Source: a virus (Duplodnaviria > Caudoviricetes). Taken from it: DNA of 51,528 nt. The number at the start of each line of letters is the position of its first letter. The stretch's first letter is position 1. Below are positions 45,201 through 51,528 of this stretch, in pieces. The stretch is from positions 1 to 51,528 of the IMG/VR virus record IMGVR_UViG_3300027734_000103; one strand, given 5' to 3'. The notes under the pieces were generated by a model, which saw nothing but the letters and a program-made list of their open reading frames with translations, ran no database searches and had not been told where the DNA came from. A program made the position numbers and the translations under genes.

Positions 45201-48050
45201 ATGGAAGAACTAGCAGATGGAAATTGGAATGTTATTGAAAGCGAAGATGTTCAAGAAAACTTACGTGATATGGGATATGATGGTTTTTACGTTAAAGAAG
45301 GTGGCACTAAAAACTTAGCCGTATATAACTCTAATCAAATTAAATCAGCCACAGGTAACCGTGGTACATTTGATGAAACAAACCCTGACATCCGTTATCA
45401 AATACGTAACATCATGGATGAGGTTGACCCTGACATTAACTCTCGTGTTAATGCTACAACTAGAGTACGTGAAGAGAAGGGTTTTGTTGAGCGTTTAGTA
45501 GATGCTATTTCCCCTACCAGTTTTGCAAAATATCGCCAAGCATTTGTTAATAAATACGAAGCCATTGAACTTCTATCTAGACAGGTTGCTAGAGAACACG
45601 GCTCTGACCGATTACTAGCAAACACATCTGCTATTGCCGCAGCGTTACAGTCTGACAGGGCCGCTGGTGTTGCAGCAGCATCGTTTAAACAGGGTATCCC
45701 AGTGTACCGGGACGGATTCTTTACAGTTGACCCAGATACAAAAGGCTTGATTCCTATTCTTGAGCCGTTGATGGCTTACAACGACCCATACATTTTCCAA
45801 TTATTTCAGTACTACGGTGCAACTCGTAGAGGTAAACGACTAGACGCTGAAGGTAGAGAGCGTACCTTTACGAAGGAAGACATTGCTTATGGCGATAAAT
45901 TAGAGAAACAGTTCCCTGAGTTTAAACAGGTATTCAATGAGTACCAGACATACAACAAAGGACTGGTTGACCTGATGGTAGACCGTGGTGTTATCACTAA
46001 AGAAGAAGGTAGAATCTGGACTCAAAACTGGGATTACATTCCTTTTTATCGTCAAATGGATGGCGAGACCACGGCTGGTCCTAAAGTGTTTTCTTCCTTT
46101 ACTTCAGTTGCTAAACCTAAAGAATTAAAAGGCGCTGGGTACTACTCAGTATTGGATGCCAATGGTCAAGAAATTGGTAAGTATCTAGACCCAATCATTG
46201 CTCAGAAGAAGGCTGATGAAGCCAACGGAACTGTTGAACAGGTGGGTGCACCTATCACCGACTTCTTAGAGACTGTGGTTCGTAACGCACGTGCGGCTAT
46301 CGAAGCCAGTATGAAAAACGAGGCGGGAAATCGTATCATTCGTGATACGTTAGAAATGGGATTAGCCCAAGAAGTGCCTCTAGGAACTAACGATAGCGCA
46401 AGAGAAATTGTTACTATCAAACAAGATGGCAAGAACAAATATTTCCGTGTTGCAGACCCCCTGCTGTACGAAGCATTAAAGGGTTTAAACACTCCACAGA
46501 TGCAATGGCTATCTTGGTTAGCCGCTCCGGCAAACTTATTACGTAACTTTGTAACAAAAGACCCCGGCTTTATGATTGCCAACTTAGGTCGTGATTCGCT
46601 ACAGGCTTGGATTACCAGCGGAACTGACATGAGGCCTGTGATAGATACGTTTAAACAGTTTAGCAAGACGTTAACCAACTCATCCCCAGAAGCACAGGCT
46701 TTGGCTATGGCTGGTTTAACCGGCTATGATTTCTCCGGTGATGTAAAAGGTACGTCTAAAGGTGTGGCTAAAGAGTTACGTAAGATGGCTGGTCAGAAGA
46801 CTAAGTTAGAATCGCTTACTACATTTTGGGATATGTTGGAACAAGGTTCTCACGCATCTGACATGGCTACTCGTGCAGAAATTTATAAGCGTACTCTTGA
46901 AAGAACTAAGTCGCCTGAGTTTCCTAACGGTAACGAGGCAGAAGCATTCTATCAAGCGATGGAAGTTCTTAACTTCTCACGCAAGGGTAACTCCGCTATT
47001 ATTCAAATCGTATCAGCAGTCGTGCCTTTCTTTAACGCCCGTGTGCAAGGTTTAGATGTCTTGTACCGTTCCGGTTGGGGTAAGATGGCTACCGAGAACG
47101 CAGACGTTCAGAAGAAAGCATTCGCCAATAGAGCATTGATAATGATGGGTCTATCGATGGCGTACTGGTTCATGATGACTGATAGCGATGAGTACAAGAA
47201 GTTATCAAAAGAAGAGCGTGATAACTACTGGATTATTCCAGCGCTATCCATTAACGATAAACCATTCAGGTTCCCAATCCCGTTTGAACTAGGCGTAGTC
47301 TTTAAAGTTCTCCCTGAGCGAGTTCTTGAGGCCATGTTTGGTAACGATACCGGTAAAGACTTACGTGAGTCTATCTTCCGTAACATGACTAATACTCTAC
47401 AGTTCAACCCAATACCACAGGCGTTCATACCAATTGTTGAGAACGTAACTAACCATTCTTTCTTTACTGGAGAAAACATCGTTGGTCGTGGCATGGAAGA
47501 TTTAGCCCCTCAGTTTCAATACACACAGAGCACATCCCAGTTTGCTAAAGACATTGGAGCAACATTTGGTTCATCGCCAATTAAAATTGAAAATCTAATT
47601 CGTGGCTACACAGGTACGATGGGTACGTATGCCCTACAGATGTTAGATGCCGTTTACAGAACACAGGGTGACGATGTAAGAGCATCGATGCGTTTAGAGC
47701 AGATGCCGGTTATCAAACGATTCTTCTCCGGTGACTCAGGTACAATCTCAGCCTACTATGATTTAAAACAGGAAGTAAATACCGTGGTTCGTACACTCAA
47801 TCTATTAGAGAAGTCAGGCGATATTGATGCCTACATGGATTATATGAAAGAAAACGGTAGCCTCTACAATATGCGTGGCTACATCAATTCCATTGATAAG
47901 AATATGAAACAAGTGCGTGAGGCTCGTAAATATATTAACGATGCTAAAGGTTTATCTCCTGATGAAAAGAGAGAACAGTTAGACAGTCTGCATAACATTG
48001 AGATTAGCCTAACTGAGAATATTAAACAGTTAAGAAAAGAGTACCGCTAG
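39291..48050 (+). CDS. large polyvalent virion protein (zincin HExxH, HhH-like domain, two ART-PolyVal-like domains, LPD38-like C-terminus)
   Basis: RHEVIH at ~41931; DWY...SPQ...GPKV..F...VTVDKWM.R...Q..LW at ~43310-43980; two YHGT...P.FV...GYD[AG] units at ~44145-45400; PFFNA..QG...IP.PFELG..F at the C-terminus. Confidence 0.85.
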   Translation: MARDFSAELFGSPTSSQGTDFSKELFGSKPKERTYGEAFTDVGAGVVSGIGSLVQLPGQLYGLATGDFEDTGLLGLGKSIRKSGEEMKSDVLKQREEQRAQKIAEAEQKGTFEAFKTAFGETVKDPALVTSFLAEQVPQLLVPFGAGKAGSAIVAGRQALAGATAKEAALAGGKAGVTTAVGAGGVQQGADIGAQSYEDIYKYLVKDGMPPDQAKSEALNLARASGAGAFVISLLAQRLPGAKTLEESFVGVPGVGGKVARIGKGIAGETGSEIFEEGGGKIGQNIAMRQVNPEQALMEGVGATAGLAAVGGIGMGGLGGALQKGLQPTTITPPETKTTTDKLLSQSQLLLPAPDEQIINDKQYDPLRNPLGNFLEGELTPEQIAYINKDRSDNNKPRLNSYSLEDYVDALRHSSDTDIAKQGALDNILTFKTGYDGMVETTVDQVLNAALDKNIETGTQGFKDFLTRATGTDNLEVMSPVQLYSAYEALVSPNVPRSDTLQILPEGTNATRFTQKQYDQALNNLQAEYNFLDTDSLGRTSVINDIKDTTGLKDDTDAKALLRHAINRGDLEERISTTKVDGKDVNVVNIAFAGKSEPLPSGLDIRFQTFKQGSVPENYEIKNGSVVLDRVSTEEEAKVALEKQTAIAEKKALDIEKDIEKIQSGVDKLEYSLDEKKTLGHFGTPAYNRMATDIGAQIRQAKDRINAKLNDIRNLRNPFTIVPVGEKPVTAKKYVFYDNDTPLASFANKDLAEQYGLMRQNAKGEYAVTDETLQQIIDSAPTTKGTLPKRYASYAKKELARRKGEAPQGIEVRKSVYQPKVEEDFDKIRQNLLPALKRFGLEKVGLRIVKSIADGKADGSYVQELIKIAYNAKNPMGTLRHEVIHALKELGAFTQQEWKILENKAKSEWIDKYIKKVGTYKAYQDAYKQSNGDLKGFDEYIAEEAIAEAFRDFANTKPPVGLIGNLFFRLNKMFEALGNTFKRLGYATAGDIFQKVERGEAKPTRVATSTQEKLSRQKQPISDEEYFAQETAKPKAKKVIFEVAPDPNNKDLTERWNSLSSEEKLVISKKVADYVVKDALETFDSEGKISDQIGSYGEFTNPSLSLFVDSGDSIEIAKYLGYALSQDSMVVISPRDKKGFDKTGAVVIDVGNKNEKEIDDIYQTLRAINLNGENPVGGQSTINGKMVVLNYSNSTTQDLAVAIDDALKQKYNVATNEVYTAFPEKKDYDYGDKTNDPRGIGRVVRERSRAIRSEAAALIESELKQVGKGKTESASSGINILDKRVDNPNLKKPTVNDVGKYFDGLYDKKRDFSDVEDFNRAVKIATEEIAYQLENERSGLDWYDEDISKAFKLTAKIIPKLKQSNSRFLFSVMAGIMSPQTNARDNWVIAAQNFQNYIKTGTISGVNPQTGGLWQGGTQSINKRTQLNLLNNMVQDMGEKGAIAWLVSNRTVKEINDFRMKYGNIKSGIGGKMTDIVPALYTFGPKVGPFVSNLNGIYDVTVDKWMTRTFNRYFGTMLGKDKNIIDAPTEKQRTAIKNLINEVAKDANIKPYQAQSLLWFFEQRLFRELGTPSPSYGFGDGARKFSEQTSKGGDRGGVEGDGKNKPATKTGLKKGELLQIRAPETEEFQEWIGDSVAIDKNGDPIVFYHGTNQDLKEFRPSKEGVLGKGIYITPDAEYASSYAEESAFGDKRGTGGNVIPLFVRVTYPLIVKYKQGYDPAIQALEALGVDTDKAYQIVEKSQEEFGNMTNQIMSRAKKLGYDAIFYNNEDGSIREAVVFEPNQVKSAFNQKPTASKDIRYQIRAPETKEFKQWFGDSKIVNEDGTPKVMYHGTARDISEFRPKQANAIFLTEFPKFAQSFSDSSEDYLIREFIENATPEQTSKIITKAIKQGLKEKDITSSAVKNIRQMTLKQASLTSGIGYLIRGYVKESLPTGQNILPVFVKAENPFDYENPRHINRMSMIFGEDETMMEELADGNWNVIESEDVQENLRDMGYDGFYVKEGGTKNLAVYNSNQIKSATGNRGTFDETNPDIRYQIRNIMDEVDPDINSRVNATTRVREEKGFVERLVDAISPTSFAKYRQAFVNKYEAIELLSRQVAREHGSDRLLANTSAIAAALQSDRAAGVAAASFKQGIPVYRDGFFTVDPDTKGLIPILEPLMAYNDPYIFQLFQYYGATRRGKRLDAEGRERTFTKEDIAYGDKLEKQFPEFKQVFNEYQTYNKGLVDLMVDRGVITKEEGRIWTQNWDYIPFYRQMDGETTAGPKVFSSFTSVAKPKELKGAGYYSVLDANGQEIGKYLDPIIAQKKADEANGTVEQVGAPITDFLETVVRNARAAIEASMKNEAGNRIIRDTLEMGLAQEVPLGTNDSAREIVTIKQDGKNKYFRVADPLLYEALKGLNTPQMQWLSWLAAPANLLRNFVTKDPGFMIANLGRDSLQAWITSGTDMRPVIDTFKQFSKTLTNSSPEAQALAMAGLTGYDFSGDVKGTSKGVAKELRKMAGQKTKLESLTTFWDMLEQGSHASDMATRAEIYKRTLERTKSPEFPNGNEAEAFYQAMEVLNFSRKGNSAIIQIVSAVVPFFNARVQGLDVLYRSGWGKMATENADVQKKAFANRALIMMGLSMAYWFMMTDSDEYKKLSKEERDNYWIIPALSINDKPFRFPIPFELGVVFKVLPERVLEAMFGNDTGKDLRESIFRNMTNTLQFNPIPQAFIPIVENVTNHSFFTGENIVGRGMEDLAPQFQYTQSTSQFAKDIGATFGSSPIKIENLIRGYTGTMGTYALQMLDAVYRTQGDDVRASMRLEQMPVIKRFFSGDSGTISAYYDLKQEVNTVVRTLNLLEKSGDIDAYMDYMKENGSLYNMRGYINSIDKNMKQVREARKYINDAKGLSPDEKREQLDSLHNIEISLTENIKQLRKEYR
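42898..42926 (+). promoter_or_regulatory. internal sigma70-like promoter within the polyvalent gene
   Basis: TTGACG-17 nt-TACAAT, 52 nt upstream of a nested +1-frame ATG. Confidence 0.6.
42979..43146 (+). CDS. nested +1-frame small ORF (55 aa, MAIRQMTQEESDELFGNGVVLFGVK...)
   Basis: Internal promoter upstream; host-frame codons turn atypical (CGA, CGG, CTC, GGA) over this span; RBS weak. Confidence 0.5.
   Translation: MAIRQMTQEESDELFGNGVVLFGVKPQPSSNQNSSKSEKERQNPQVPASTSSTNE
43927..44127 (+). CDS. nested +1-frame small ORF (66 aa, MQTLNRTKPN...EEIEAVSRAMERISQQLKLD)
   Basis: GAGGTG RBS 7 nt before the ATG; atypical host-frame codons; TTGACA-17-TTTAAT at 43795-43823. Confidence 0.55.
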   Translation: MQTLNRTKPNLYSGSSNKDSLENSELQAPPTDSGTEQGNFLNKLPKEEIEAVSRAMERISQQLKLD

Positions 48051-48352
48051 AATATATTTTTACTGTCTTGCATTTCTTGGGCTAACTTCTGTACTTGCTC
48101 TAGGAGTTCCCACTCAGTTCCGTAACGTTTCTCGAATTCCTTTTTCCAAGGATGTCGGGAAACAAGTAACTGATTATTCTCCCCCAATCGATGATGCGAT
48201 GGACAAAGAGGAAGAGTGTGGAAATCATCTATCCTACCTTTACCCCTTAAAATGTGATGAATATCTGGCTCGCTGCGTACACCAAAGGTGTTTAAACATA
48301 CTATGCAACCAATGTCTTGTAGAAGCAAAAACCATTTTTGACGTTCATTCAT
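48047..48352 (-). CDS. Ref-like HNH nuclease (recombination enhancement family)
   Basis: GCIVC...DIHH...LPLCP.HHR...FE..YGTE.ELL; start revised to MNERQK. Confidence 0.8.
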   Translation of the reverse strand: MNERQKWFLLLQDIGCIVCLNTFGVRSEPDIHHILRGKGRIDDFHTLPLCPSHHRLGENNQLLVSRHPWKKEFEKRYGTEWELLEQVQKLAQEMQDSKNIF

Positions 48353-48518
48353 CAAACATTTGTTTCCATACATCCATCGTTACTTCGATGGTACTGAATC
48401 GATTCTTGCATTCTAGACACGCTCTTCTTCGTTGAGTAAATATAAAATCATTGTTCTCTTCTTTGTAGGTACGTGTCTCTAATATCTCTGTCTTCTCGCC
48501 ACACTCATCGCATCCCAT
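48345..48518 (-). CDS. NrdR-N-like Zn-ribbon protein (57 aa), not in ORF track
   Basis: MGCDECG..T.ILETR...RRRACLECKNRFSTIE, matching the NrdR N-terminal ribbon pattern. Confidence 0.75.
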   Translation of the reverse strand: MGCDECGEKTEILETRTYKEENNDFIFTQRRRACLECKNRFSTIEVTMDVWKQMFDE

Positions 48519-48519
48519 A

Positions 48520-48723
48520 TTATTGTTCCCTGTTTTCTATGTCTCTAAGAATGTACCAAACCGCCTTCTTTAAATCCTGTATAGCAGTACCCTTGTGGTC
48601 AGCCCTAGAAATATATTTAACCGCATTTCCTAGGTGGTAGTTCAAACCCTTTGCCTCTATGAAGTCAATCGTTTCTATACCGCCAATTTTGTAATGCGAT
48701 GGGTGGTTTACCAAATCTTCCAT
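48520..48723 (-). CDS. DUF3310 / SaV-like protein
   Basis: D.VNHPSHY..GGIETIDFI...GNAVKYISRA.HKG...QDL.KA.WY. Confidence 0.85.
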   Translation of the reverse strand: MEDLVNHPSHYKIGGIETIDFIEAKGLNYHLGNAVKYISRADHKGTAIQDLKKAVWYILRDIENREQ

Positions 48724-48875
48724 CAACACCTCCCGTCAATATCAATCTTGTCTTGCTGCGCCCGGATTTCTAGCAATGCGTTTAAACGGTCTATTTCTTG
48801 CTGCAAGACCCGTAACTGTTCCCGCAAATCTTTTACTAAGTTCTCCATGTCTTCGTAATCTACAAGTGTTTTCAT
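48723..48875 (-). CDS. hypothetical coiled-coil protein
   Basis: Start revised to MKTLVDY; EIDRL motif; TGATG coupling. Confidence 0.55.
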   Translation of the reverse strand: MKTLVDYEDMENLVKDLREQLRVLQQEIDRLNALLEIRAQQDKIDIDGRC

Positions 48876-48880
48876 ATAAG

Positions 48881-48952
48881 TTATCCAGTAATCATTAAAA
48901 TAAAGGCCAGTAATAACCACAACCCAACTACCCAGTAAATCTCTTTACTCAT
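48881..48952 (-). CDS. 23-aa hydrophobic micro-protein (MSKEIYWVVGLWLLLAFILMITG)
   Basis: Hand translation; GGAAGAGG upstream; fills the gap; single TM. Confidence 0.4.
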   Translation of the reverse strand: MSKEIYWVVGLWLLLAFILMITG

Positions 48953-49430
48953 CCTCTTCCCTTTTAAAGTTTGTACTTAGTTTATCTTTAGTTATTTTGT
49001 AGTAATCACCCTTGACACCTTGCACAATATTCTCAGGTATTAAAAACTGATTACCATAAATCCACCCAACAATGTCACAACCATCAGGCTCTAATACGCA
49101 CAACACATAAATATCAAACTTCTTGTTAACAGAAGTTAACGTTGCATTTAAGTCCCCCCTTCTTGAACGAGTTGTTTTTACATCGATAGTTCTACCTTCA
49201 TGCGTAACTAAATCTGCACCCCACTCAACACGCAAGTCGGTGTTTAAACTGAAGTGTAAATTTAATTGCTTCGCTACGCAGTATTCACCAATCACACCAT
49301 CTATACAGATAGTCTCAGGATTAAGTTCTGATTGAATTTGTTCTTCGCATACACTACTCGTTGTTTGGTAACGCATCTTCCCAACAAGTTTGCAAAAGAT
49401 TAATTCAGATTTAGTTAATTGAATTCGCAT
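48945..49430 (-). CDS. PD-(D/E)xK nuclease-like hypothetical protein
   Basis: G..GE..VA...GADL......IDVKTT...D.YVL...I.GW pattern. Confidence 0.6.
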   Translation of the reverse strand: MRIQLTKSELIFCKLVGKMRYQTTSSVCEEQIQSELNPETICIDGVIGEYCVAKQLNLHFSLNTDLRVEWGADLVTHEGRTIDVKTTRSRRGDLNATLTSVNKKFDIYVLCVLEPDGCDIVGWIYGNQFLIPENIVQGVKGDYYKITKDKLSTNFKREEDE

Positions 49431-49438
49431 TAATTTTT

Positions 49439-49516
49439 TTATTTATAACAATACGGGCATCTGACCAGTATGGTTAGTATTTTGGACTTGCAGTGTACAC
49501 AAATGTAGTTGGTCAT
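49439..49516 (-). CDS. 25-aa CxxC-CxxC micro-protein (MTNYICVHCKSKILTILVRCPYCYK)
   Basis: Hand translation; ATGA overlap with the upstream stop; two CxxC motifs. Confidence 0.55.
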   Translation of the reverse strand: MTNYICVHCKSKILTILVRCPYCYK

Positions 49517-49707
49517 TTCTTACTCGCTTTTCGTTCACGAACAGTCTTTAAATAATCTTCTATTGTGTAGTCATTCATGCACTTCCAAAAATACTCAAGA
49601 CTTTCTCTTATTGAAAAATGTTCGCCTGTTACGAATTGCATATAGAAATCAACAATCTCTTGTATGTCTTTTTCCATTTGCTCCGACATTTTTCTATGTT
49701 TTTTCAT
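49513..49707 (-). CDS. hypothetical protein
   Basis: ATGA coupling; ends RKASKK like its neighbours. Confidence 0.65.
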   Translation of the reverse strand: MKKHRKMSEQMEKDIQEIVDFYMQFVTGEHFSIRESLEYFWKCMNDYTIEDYLKTVRERKASKK

Positions 49708-49904
49708 TTCTCATTTGCCTTTTTTAGTATTGCTCTGATACATTCAAGATGTAACCAGTCACAATTCTTAACATCAAAATATTTGCCATAAACTTCTTTA
49801 ATTTTCTCATCGGTTAGTTCATGTTGCTTAACCATTTTGCAAATTAATTTCCACTCTTTTTGTGTAGGCAATATGTCAGGATTCATAACAATTTCTTTAT
49901 TCAT
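49704..49904 (-). CDS. hypothetical protein (ELTDE.I...RAIL.KA.EK family)
   Basis: Shared C-terminal motif; ATGA coupling. Confidence 0.7.
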   Translation of the reverse strand: MNKEIVMNPDILPTQKEWKLICKMVKQHELTDEKIKEVYGKYFDVKNCDWLHLECIRAILKKANEK

Positions 49905-50122
49905 TTCTCACTCGCCTTTCTTAGTATTGCTCTTGCAAATAATATATAGGCCTCTTCCATCGTTGCACCATCTATGGTTGGCATTGTCTTAGCAGTGTCT
50001 AGGATTTCGTCATCAGTTAGTTCACGCAACTTATAAAGAGGAGTTAACTCAAACATAGGGTTTGGTGGCAGTTCTTTAAACAACACGCCTTCTTCTGACA
50101 TATACGCTACTGATTCAGTCAT
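49901..50122 (-). CDS. hypothetical protein (ELTDDEI...FARAILRKASEK family)
   Basis: Shared motifs; ATGA coupling. Confidence 0.7.
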   Translation of the reverse strand: MTESVAYMSEEGVLFKELPPNPMFELTPLYKLRELTDDEILDTAKTMPTIDGATMEEAYILFARAILRKASEK

Positions 50123-50370
50123 TTCTCACTCGCTTTCTGTAATTCTATAAAAGGACTACTATAATCATGCACAAATTGAGTTTTGCCACACCAAATTTTT
50201 ATTTGTTGCAATTCTTTTCTCAACGCTTCTATTTCAGCCTGTTGTTGCCGTAGCATAGCGGATGCTTGTTCTTTAAAATACTTATCGTTGTCATGTTGTT
50301 CATGGGTGCAACTACCCCAAGACACAGAATTGCTTTCCACTAATTTATCAGCCAGTTCATTCGCAGTCAT
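50119..50370 (-). CDS. hypothetical protein (MTANELADKL...MLRQQQAEIEAL)
   Basis: Shared KASEK end; ATGA coupling. Confidence 0.7.
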   Translation of the reverse strand: MTANELADKLVESNSVSWGSCTHEQHDNDKYFKEQASAMLRQQQAEIEALRKELQQIKIWCGKTQFVHDYSSPFIELQKASEK

Positions 50371-50540
50371 TTCTCACTCGCTTTATTTAGTATTGCTCTT
50401 GCAAATTCAAGAGGGTCGTTATTGCTTGTCATACAATACAATTCCATTATTTCTCTGTCGGTTAACTCACGTTGAGTGTTACCACAAACACACTGGCTTG
50501 GTATTCTATGACATTTTGTACAAAAACTATTTTGATTCAT
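50367..50540 (-). CDS. hypothetical protein (Cys cluster + ELTD.EI...FARAIL.KASEK)
   Basis: Start revised to MNQNSF (ATGA overlap). Confidence 0.65.
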   Translation of the reverse strand: MNQNSFCTKCHRIPSQCVCGNTQRELTDREIMELYCMTSNNDPLEFARAILNKASEK

Positions 50541-50818
50541 TTCTCTTGCCTCCACGTTACAAAATGCTCACGCAAGTTTTGTTCCTGTAAATACTTTTGC
50601 ATTAGCGTTACCTCTTCTCTTAGCAAAACTATTAAGTCTGTCTGTGGTTCGCTCCAATGTTGTTTCAACCCCTCAATCTCTACAACTTGTTCTATAACTA
50701 AGTTATGCAACGCTTGTATTTCTGCTGACGTATATAACGGATTTAGTTTAAGTATTGAATCAGGTGGTGACTCTTTAAACAATATACCGCCATCTGATAT
50801 GTATGCACTTGGTTTCAT
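50537..50818 (-). CDS. hypothetical protein
   Basis: GAGGAG RBS; N-terminus paralogous to 49901-50122. Confidence 0.65.
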   Translation of the reverse strand: MKPSAYISDGGILFKESPPDSILKLNPLYTSAEIQALHNLVIEQVVEIEGLKQHWSEPQTDLIVLLREEVTLMQKYLQEQNLREHFVTWRQEK

Positions 50819-51012
50819 CTATCGCTCCTCATTGACCGTTTAGCCTCTTCACACAACTTAGCATAATCCTTGGGTACATCAGGATGCCAACCGCCAAGCA
50901 GTAGTTCGCAATTTAATTTGTAGACTTCTTCTCTTCGGCTCACTTCGGTCAGATAGATAATGAATCCGCAAAATATAATCCACATGCATGCAAAAAATTG
51001 GATAGACTTCAT
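50815..51012 (-). CDS. hypothetical membrane protein
   Basis: N-terminal TM; C...GGWHPDVP......C motif. Confidence 0.7.
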   Translation of the reverse strand: MKSIQFFACMWIIFCGFIIYLTEVSRREEVYKLNCELLLGGWHPDVPKDYAKLCEEAKRSMRSDR

Positions 51013-51266
51013 TTCTTCTTACTCATCAGTCTACCCATGTCATCGTATTTAAACGTCTGATACGTGCCATCACTTTTCCGTATTGAAGATATTCTATCCT
51101 TGGCCTTACCCTTCTGCACGTACTCGTGCTCAACCCACTCACCCCAAGATGTTGTACGTTTAATCAAAGTAAGGTTTTTGTTAAAAACCTCCTTTGACCA
51201 AACGCCATCATCATCCCTGTAGGATAAGACACTCTTATCTTTATTCCAAGTTACCTTGTGTGTCAT
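51009..51266 (-). CDS. small protein with YD/RHS-like beta-hairpin repeats
   Basis: GGGGG RBS; DG.W, G.W.E.EY, DG....FKYDDMGRL periodicity. Confidence 0.55.
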   Translation of the reverse strand: MTHKVTWNKDKSVLSYRDDDGVWSKEVFNKNLTLIKRTTSWGEWVEHEYVQKGKAKDRISSIRKSDGTYQTFKYDDMGRLMSKKK

Positions 51267-51439
51267 GACCCATCCCCCTTACGGTGTTTTTTAGTCTTGA
51301 TTGCTAGGATGCCCTCCTCTTGCGGAAGTCTTTTGCTAACTTCTAACATGTCATCGGCAAATTTAAAACAATCTTCTGCGTTTGCGCCTGTTAAAGATTT
51401 AAACATGGCAAAACAATTTCTTAGGTCTTTCTCGTCCAT
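51263..51439 (-). CDS. hypothetical protein (58 aa, MDEKDLRNCFAM...ADDML), not in ORF track
   Basis: Hand translation; DLR..FA...AD.ML phage family motif; coupled at both ends. Confidence 0.65.
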   Translation of the reverse strand: MDEKDLRNCFAMFKSLTGANAEDCFKFADDMLEVSKRLPQEEGILAIKTKKHRKGDGS

Positions 51440-51528
51440 TAACGTTCCCTCAAGTATTGTTCAATCTCACCACAAACAAGTTGGGCAAATGACTTACCCG
51501 ATGGAAACATCATCTTTGCGCCATCAGT
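51439..51528 (-). CDS. 3' end of a hypothetical gene (truncated by window)
   Basis: Open frame ...AKMMFPSGKSFAQLVCGEIEQYLRER*; TAATG coupling. Confidence 0.5.
   Translation of the reverse strand, partial: TDGAKMMFPSGKSFAQLVCGEIEQYLRER

Noticed and set aside
8988-47494. Numerous antisense and alternative-frame ORFs in the ORF track within the virion operon
   Set aside because: No RBS/promoter support or codon anomaly noticed, unlike the two nested ORFs at 42979 and 43927.
48047-48050. Special element at the convergent gene junction
   Set aside because: Two TAG stops share a CTAG palindrome and no terminator is visible; compact but not evidence of a system.
1-51528. tRNA genes, integrase/att sites, introns/inteins, stop-codon reassignment
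   Set aside because: No cloverleaf or integrase motifs seen; terL, portal and capsid genes are uninterrupted; ORFs tile well in the standard code with all three stops used.

Overview
A 51.5-kb segment of a dsDNA tailed phage with podovirus-like gene order, read in the standard genetic code. I saw no integrase, tRNA or CRISPR array. The layout, left to right: (i) the 3' end of a primase-helicase gene; (ii) a leftward early operon of small acidic ORFs, an SprT-like zincin, a MoxR/CobS AAA+ ATPase and a split CobT-like zincin + vWA pair, preceded by a ~550-nt highly structured leader; (iii) a long rightward virion operon with terS, a LexA-type DNA-binding domain, terL, portal, GroES, scaffold, capsid, a glycosyltransferase, small basic proteins, adaptor/tail genes, tail fibre, holin + M15 endolysin, tail nozzle and needle, three ejection-like proteins and a 2919-aa polyvalent protein; (iv) a convergent array of short leftward genes. 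The most notable observations: an acyl carrier protein + FabB/F-type ketosynthase + putative acyltransferase cassette translationally coupled to the ejection-protein genes (hypothesis: phage-encoded lipidation of virion proteins); two +1-frame small genes nested inside the polyvalent gene, with promoter-like and (for one) RBS signals; three covarying copies of an unrecognised H-type pseudoknot in the early leader; a perfect chromosomal-type parS site; and at least 34 copies of GTTTAAAC together with apparent avoidance of GATC, AGCT and CCWGG. All product calls come from recognising motifs by eye; no database searches were run.
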